32,000 nt of DNA from Bellilinea caldifistulae (GTDB lineage Bacteria; Chloroflexota; Anaerolineae; Anaerolineales; Anaerolineaceae), in the NCBI RefSeq assembly GCF_001306055.1, contig NZ_LGHJ01000020.1, positions 30,001-62,000 of the forward strand, read 5' to 3'. The notes under the pieces were generated by a model that was given only the letters and a program-made list of their open reading frames with translations, had not been told where the DNA came from and did no database searches. Position 1 is the first letter of the stretch, and every line of letters begins with the position of its first letter. The position numbers and the translations under genes are program-made. Positions 28,040 through 32,000 of this stretch are shown piece after piece.

Positions 28040-29008
28040 ATGAAACGATATATCGGCTGTGATTTAGGCGGCACCAATCTGCGTGCTGCACTGGTAGATA
28101 TTGAAACCGGCACGGTTCTCTTTCAGCAAAGTGTGCCAACATTGGCGCGCGAAGGCCACGATGCGGTCATGCAGCGCATGGCGGATTTGTTTCTCACCAT
28201 GATTAAGGCTGCCGGTCTACAAACAGAGGATGTTGGTGGGATCGGAATCGGCGTGCCGGGTGTGCTTGACCTCGAAAAAGGGGAAACCCTGTTTTTGCCC
28301 AACCTGCCGGGAACCTGGCCGCATGTGCCGTTGCGGGATGTACTGTACCAGGCGACAGGATTGCCGGTTGCGCTGTTGAATGATGTCCGTTCGATCACTT
28401 TTGGGGAATGGCGTTTTGGGGCAGGGCAGGGAGTGGATACTGTAGCCGTTCTGGCAATCGGTACGGGGATTGGCGGCGGACTGGTGATCAATGGGCAGTT
28501 ACATCTGGGAATCGGGGGTACCGCAGGCGAATTGGGTCACATGGTGATTGATTTCAACGGGCCGCGCTGCGGCTGCGGCAATTACGGTTGTCTGGAAGCG
28601 TTTGCCTCTGGACCGGCGATTGCAGCTATGGGCATGAAAGCCGTGGCACAGGGTTTGACGACCAAAATTGGTGAGTTGTGCGGTTATGATTTGAACGCCA
28701 TCACACCGGCGTTGATTGCGGAAGCTGCTCTCCAAGGGGATGAAATCGCTCGCGAAATTTACCAGCAGGTCGGTTTTTATCTGGGAGTTGCGGCTTCCAG
28801 TTTGTGCGCATCGGTCAGTCCACGGCGGATCATTGTCACCGGCGGCGTTGCCAACGCTGGCCGGCTGCTGCTTGATCCAATGGAAAAGACGATGCGTGAG
28901 CGGGTGCATATCATGCCGGTGGAACAGGTGGAAATTGTACCCGGACAGTTAGGAGATCATGCCGGGGTGGTTGGGGCAGCCTGTTGGGCGGCTAACCGGC
29001 TTGGGTAG
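28040..29008 (+). CDS. ROK-family glucokinase (no HTH domain)
   Basis: N-terminal ATP-binding motif [10 protein letters not shown], the ROK motif [11 protein letters not shown], and the Zn motif [15 protein letters not shown]. At 322 aa it is the size of a kinase rather than a regulator. Confidence 0.88.
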   Translation: MKRYIGCDLGGTNLRAALVDIETGTVLFQQSVPTLAREGHDAVMQRMADLFLTMIKAAGLQTEDVGGIGIGVPGVLDLEKGETLFLPNLPGTWPHVPLRDVLYQATGLPVALLNDVRSITFGEWRFGAGQGVDTVAVLAIGTGIGGGLVINGQLHLGIGGTAGELGHMVIDFNGPRCGCGNYGCLEAFASGPAIAAMGMKAVAQGLTTKIGELCGYDLNAITPALIAEAALQGDEIAREIYQQVGFYLGVAASSLCASVSPRRIIVTGGVANAGRLLLDPMEKTMRERVHIMPVEQVEIVPGQLGDHAGVVGAACWAANRLG

Positions 29009-29057
29009 TCGGCGAGGTCTTTACCCTTTCTGATTTATGTGCGGCTTATTTTCATTG

Positions 29058-29066
29058 TGATATAAT
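29058..29066 (+). promoter_or_regulatory. Possible extended -10 promoter (TGaTATAAT) for the tRNA gene
   Basis: TG at 29058-29059, one nt, then TATAAT at 29061-29066, 29 nt upstream of the tRNA 5' end. Confidence 0.4.
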
Positions 29067-29094
29067 TTGGCTGCAAGGCAGTCAAGTGCCGCCG

Positions 29095-29166
29095 GGGCCC
29101 GTAGCTCAGCGGCAGAGCGCGCGGCTCATAACCGCTTGGTCGAAGGTTCGAATCCTTCCGGGCCCA
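29095..29166 (+). tRNA. tRNA with anticodon CAT (elongator Met, or Ile2 read as lysidine-CAU); CCA is not encoded
   Basis: Cloverleaf folded by hand. Acceptor stem: GGGCCCG/CGGGCCC. D arm: GCTC-AGCGGCA-GAGC. Anticodon arm: CGCGG-CTCATAA-CCGCT, with a C:T mismatch at positions 27:43. Variable loop: TGGTC. T arm: GAAGG-TTCGAAT-CCTTC. Discriminator: A. Confidence 0.9.
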
Positions 29167-29196
29167 CAGAAATCGTGTTGTTCGCCAGCCCCATTG

Positions 29197-29226
29197 AGGG
29201 GTGGTATTCGCACCCCGCATTTTTTT
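29197..29226 (+). terminator. Rho-independent terminator after the tRNA
   Basis: Stem GGGGTG / CACCCC (29197-29202 / 29210-29215) with a 7-nt loop, followed by a run of 7 T (29219-29225). A second small hairpin, GGGGA-TAT-TCCCC (29230-29242), follows. Confidence 0.7.
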
Positions 29227-29397
29227 GTCGGGGGATATTCCCCTTTCTGGTGATAAACAACCACGACCTCACTGAGTTTTTTTGATGGATAAGTCTCTGG
29301 ATCTGATAAAAATTACTCCCCCGACTTAACCCCAAAATCACCGTTTTTCTCCCCTGCGGGGGGATGGAATCGGCACGCGTTCTGGCGTAACATCAGC

Positions 29398-29931
29398 ATG
29401 ATGATACTTTCAACGAGTGTTTCTGCCGGAATGTGTGTGCTGGTGTGCAGCCGCGAGAGAGTGGGGGATGCAGCCACTCATCTGCTGGTTGAACTGGCGC
29501 TGCGCGGTGAGGCGCTGGCAATAGACGGCGGTAACCGCTTGCAAGCTTACCCGCTGGCGCGCGCCTTGCGTGAACGCACTAACCGTTTCGACTTTTTCTG
29601 CCAGCGGGTACTGATCCGGCGGGCGTTTACTGCCTATCAGTTGCTAGCGCTGCTGGAAAGCCTCCCTCTCCTTACCTCCCCGCTGGTCATTCTGGATCCG
29701 TTAGCTTCTTTTTATGATGAAACGCTGCCGGTCGGGCAGGCGCGCTGGCTGGTGCAGCGCTGTCTCCAGGAGATCGAGCGGTTGAAAAGAGCGGCACCGG
29801 TTTTTCTTTTGCTGAGAACCTGTCCCTTGCCGCAGCGCCGTTTTTTGCAGGACATGGTCTGCCGGCAGGCGGATACGCTTTTCTACGAGCAGGAGGAAAT
29901 AACCTCCTTTGTTCAACCCGCGTTGTTTTGA
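29398..29931 (+). CDS. Small (177 aa) RecA/RadB/KaiC-fold-like protein with a degenerate P-loop (hypothetical)
   Basis: Its motifs occur in the order seen in RecA-superfamily cores. First is a beta-strand plus loop at the Walker-A position, but it reads SRERVGDAAT and lacks a GK[ST]. Next is IRRAFTAYQLLALLESL. Then comes a Walker-B-like hydrophobic strand ending in Asp (PLVILDPLASFYDE), followed by a helix and strand (LQEIERLKRAAPVFLLLR). No database search was possible. Confidence 0.5.
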   Translation: MMILSTSVSAGMCVLVCSRERVGDAATHLLVELALRGEALAIDGGNRLQAYPLARALRERTNRFDFFCQRVLIRRAFTAYQLLALLESLPLLTSPLVILDPLASFYDETLPVGQARWLVQRCLQEIERLKRAAPVFLLLRTCPLPQRRFLQDMVCRQADTLFYEQEEITSFVQPALF

Positions 29932-29943
29932 GAGGTCAAGCCA

Positions 29944-30228
29944 ATGGGGCGTACGGTTCCAACCATCACCCGTCAACTGAATGAAACCGAAGCCATGCTG
30001 CAAACCTTTCGGCGGACGTTGCGGCGCGGTGATCAGGCTTTGCTGGATGGTCTGCTGGCATCTGCGCATCGTCATCTGGCTGCTATTTCGGCAAGCGGTG
30101 CGTTGCTGCCTTTTGAAGCCGCCTTACTGGCCATGCTGCTCGAACAAGCCCGCCGGATTGCGGCGCTGGAGGAGGAAATCCGCATCTTTCAGGAGGAAGT
30201 GGTGCGGCTGCGCGATGGCAAGGGTTGA
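29944..30228 (+). CDS. Hypothetical 94-aa, Ala/Leu/Arg-rich, probably all-helical protein
   Basis: The ORF starts 12 nt after the preceding stop and its last 14 nt overlap the PolB start. Its C-terminus looks like a coiled coil (IAALEEEIRIFQEEVVRLR). No recognisable family motif was seen. Confidence 0.45.
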   Translation: MGRTVPTITRQLNETEAMLQTFRRTLRRGDQALLDGLLASAHRHLAAISASGALLPFEAALLAMLLEQARRIAALEEEIRIFQEEVVRLRDGKG

Positions 30229-32000
30229 AAAGACCGGCTGGCTGATGGATGTGTACACCCGTCCGAGCGGTGAACTGGTCTGCTGGTTGTTGAGCGAGGA
30301 CGGGCAGCGCTGGCTGCTGCCGATGGATTTTCCGGTTACTTTTTACGCGGCAGGCAGCTTGGCGGTGCTGCGGCAGGCCTGGCGCTTTTTGCGGGGGCGC
30401 GGAGTACAACTTTCCCGGCAGGTGCGCCGTGATCTGTTTCACGGAGAGCGGGTTGTGTTGTCCGCAACCTTGGATTTGCCCGGACGTCTGCCTGAGACCT
30501 ACCGCCGCCTGGCGCAGGCTTTTCCGGTATTGGATTACTACGATGCTGACCTGCCGCTCTCTGTGCGTTTTGTGGCTGGTACGCAAGTGCCGCTGCTGGG
30601 ACGCTGCCGCTTTGAAACCGACGGCCAGCGTTTGTTGGGATTGCAGCCGCTTGAGTCGGCTTGGGAGATGCAGCCCTCGCTGCCGCCCCTGCGGGTGATG
30701 GAAATCGAGTGTGACGCCGAGCCGGCGTTGCATCCCCCGCAGGAGATCGTCATTCGCTGCGACAGACGCTGCTATCGTTTTCCCTTGCAGCCCTTGCGTG
30801 CCTTTGTGGTCAACCTGCAGGCACTGCTGGGGACTTACGATCCGGACGTAATTCTGACCCGTTATGGCGATACCTGGCTGTTCCCGTTCTTAAGCGAACA
30901 TGCTCCGTCTTTCAACCCCAACCGCGACGAGCAGATGAAGGTTGAGTTTCGCCGCGAGCGCAGTTTGTTTGCTTATGGGCAGGTGCTTTACCGCGGGGCG
31001 CAAGCCCTGCTGTTTGGGCGCTGGCACATTGACCGTTGTAATGCCGCTTTGTTTGCCGAAATCGGGCTGACCGGTGCCCTGGAGATGGCACGGGTTACCG
31101 GTTTGGGGGTGCAGGAGGCGGTGCGCAAGTCACCGGGTGCAGGCATTACCGCCATGCAAATGCAGACTGCCCTGAGGGATGGAGTGCTGATCCCGGCGGT
31201 CAAACAGCAAGCGGAAGCTACCCGCACACTGGTTAGTCTGATTCGCTATGATCGGGGGGGGATGGTCTACCAGCCGCTGGTTGGTGTGCATCGTCATGTT
31301 GCCGAACTGGATTTTGCTTCAATGTACCCGGCGATCATGGTGCGTTATAACATCTCGCCGGAAACACTCTACCAGAGGGATGCGCCGGCCGGCTTAATTC
31401 CGCGCACGCTGCAACCCCTGCTGGTCAAGCGTCTGGCGCTCAAACATTGCCTGCATACCCTCGACCGGCGCGACAGCCGTGTAAGCGATTTGAAAGCCCG
31501 TCAGACGGCGCTCAAGTGGCTACTGGTGGTGTGTTTTGGATATCTGGGGTACAAAAATGCCCGGTTTGGGCGAGTGGAATCACACGAGGCGGTTACCGCC
31601 ATCAGCCGCGAGTTGCTGCTGCAGGCCAAGGAAAATGCTGAGGATATGGGATTCACCATCCTGCACATGTATGTGGACAGTTTGTTTGTAAAACGAGAGG
31701 ATACCCGGACTGAAGCGGATTTTCTGCCACTGGCAGAGAAAATTCAGGCAGAGACGGGTATTGGGGTGACCCTTGAAGGCGTATATCGCTGGCTGGTGTT
31801 TTTGCCGGCCTGCCGTGATCAACGCATTCCGGTGGCAAACCGTTATTTTGGGGTGTTTGAGGATGGTACGTTGAAGTATCGTGGCATTGCCCTGCGCCGT
31901 CATGATACCTGTCCGTATGTTGCCCAAACGCAGCTGGATATATTGAGTTGTCTGGCGCAGGCAGATGATCCGCGAGAGCAATGGAAAGAGGCATGGGGTC
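30215..32000 (+). CDS. Family-B DNA polymerase (archaeal/Pol II-like, RNA-primed type), 3' partial. It is divergent, with a degenerate exonuclease domain. It is not in the supplied ORF track because it has no stop within the window.
   Basis: My own translation from the ATG at 30215 gives 595 codons with no stop up to nt 32000. It aligns by eye to Pfu-type PolB. Matching blocks are DPDVILTRYGDTWLFPFL (Exo II region), GRWHIDRCN, GGMVYQPLVGVHRHVAELDFASMYPAIMVRYNISPETL (motif A), RQTALKWLLVVCFGYLGYKNARF (motif B), GFTILHMYVDSLFV (motif C) and NRYFGV...YRGIALRRHD (KxY region). Confidence 0.85.
   Translation, partial: MARVEKTGWLMDVYTRPSGELVCWLLSEDGQRWLLPMDFPVTFYAAGSLAVLRQAWRFLRGRGVQLSRQVRRDLFHGERVVLSATLDLPGRLPETYRRLAQAFPVLDYYDADLPLSVRFVAGTQVPLLGRCRFETDGQRLLGLQPLESAWEMQPSLPPLRVMEIECDAEPALHPPQEIVIRCDRRCYRFPLQPLRAFVVNLQALLGTYDPDVILTRYGDTWLFPFLSEHAPSFNPNRDEQMKVEFRRERSLFAYGQVLYRGAQALLFGRWHIDRCNAALFAEIGLTGALEMARVTGLGVQEAVRKSPGAGITAMQMQTALRDGVLIPAVKQQAEATRTLVSLIRYDRGGMVYQPLVGVHRHVAELDFASMYPAIMVRYNISPETLYQRDAPAGLIPRTLQPLLVKRLALKHCLHTLDRRDSRVSDLKARQTALKWLLVVCFGYLGYKNARFGRVESHEAVTAISRELLLQAKENAEDMGFTILHMYVDSLFVKREDTRTEADFLPLAEKIQAETGIGVTLEGVYRWLVFLPACRDQRIPVANRYFGVFEDGTLKYRGIALRRHDTCPYVAQTQLDILSCLAQADDPREQWKEAWG

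Noticed and set aside
29095-32000. The idea that the PolB next to a tRNA marks a pipolin or casposon-type self-replicating mobile element
   Set aside because: The polymerase aligns with RNA-primed archaeal/Pol II-type PolB (GGxVxxPxxG...DFxSxYP, RQxAxK...GY motifs) rather than with protein-primed or primer-independent PolB. No integrase, Cas1 or repeat of the tRNA 3' end is visible. This cannot be fully excluded, because the element could extend beyond the window.
1-32000. A scan for CRISPR arrays, IS elements or transposases, integrases, rRNA genes, and toxin-antitoxin or known defence-system genes
   Set aside because: None was found. The only sizeable repeat is the intragenic SBP duplication, and all other repeats are short regulatory-type motifs.

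Overview
This is a bacterial chromosomal segment. The lineage cannot be determined without a database search. The gene content (many ROK and Gfo/Idh/MocA genes, a Pro/Thr/Gln-tethered lipoprotein SBP, an archaeal-type PolB) would fit a Chloroflexota-like organism, but that is a guess.

Layout:
1. Positions 1-4600 carry the nucleotide-excision-repair genes mfd (5' partial) and uvrB.
2. Positions 4.7-9.1 kb carry a YwiC-like membrane protein, a PAS/GAF-GGDEF diguanylate cyclase and a secreted CAP-domain protein.
3. Positions 9.1-29.0 kb are a ~20 kb carbohydrate-utilisation locus. It is built from two divergent operons that share one control region (15528-15681).
   - The minus-strand 7-gene operon encodes a URO-D-like protein, a GntR regulator, a SIS protein, an SDR, an FAD oxidoreductase, a PTE-family lactonase and KDPG aldolase.
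   - The plus-strand set encodes three Gfo/Idh/MocA oxidoreductases, a ROK regulator, a CUT2-type ABC transporter, DeoC, a xylose-isomerase-like TIM-barrel protein and a ROK glucokinase.
4. A tRNA(CAT) with a terminator lies at 29.1-29.2 kb.
5. From 29.4 kb to the window end there is a compact three-gene cassette: a P-loop-degenerate RecA/RadB-fold protein, a 94-aa helical protein, and a divergent family-B DNA polymerase that appears to lack exonuclease function and runs off the window.

The two most unusual observations are this RecA-like/small-protein/PolB cassette and a near-perfect in-frame 990-bp-period tandem duplication that doubles the ABC substrate-binding protein. No CRISPR array, IS element, integrase or rRNA gene was seen.
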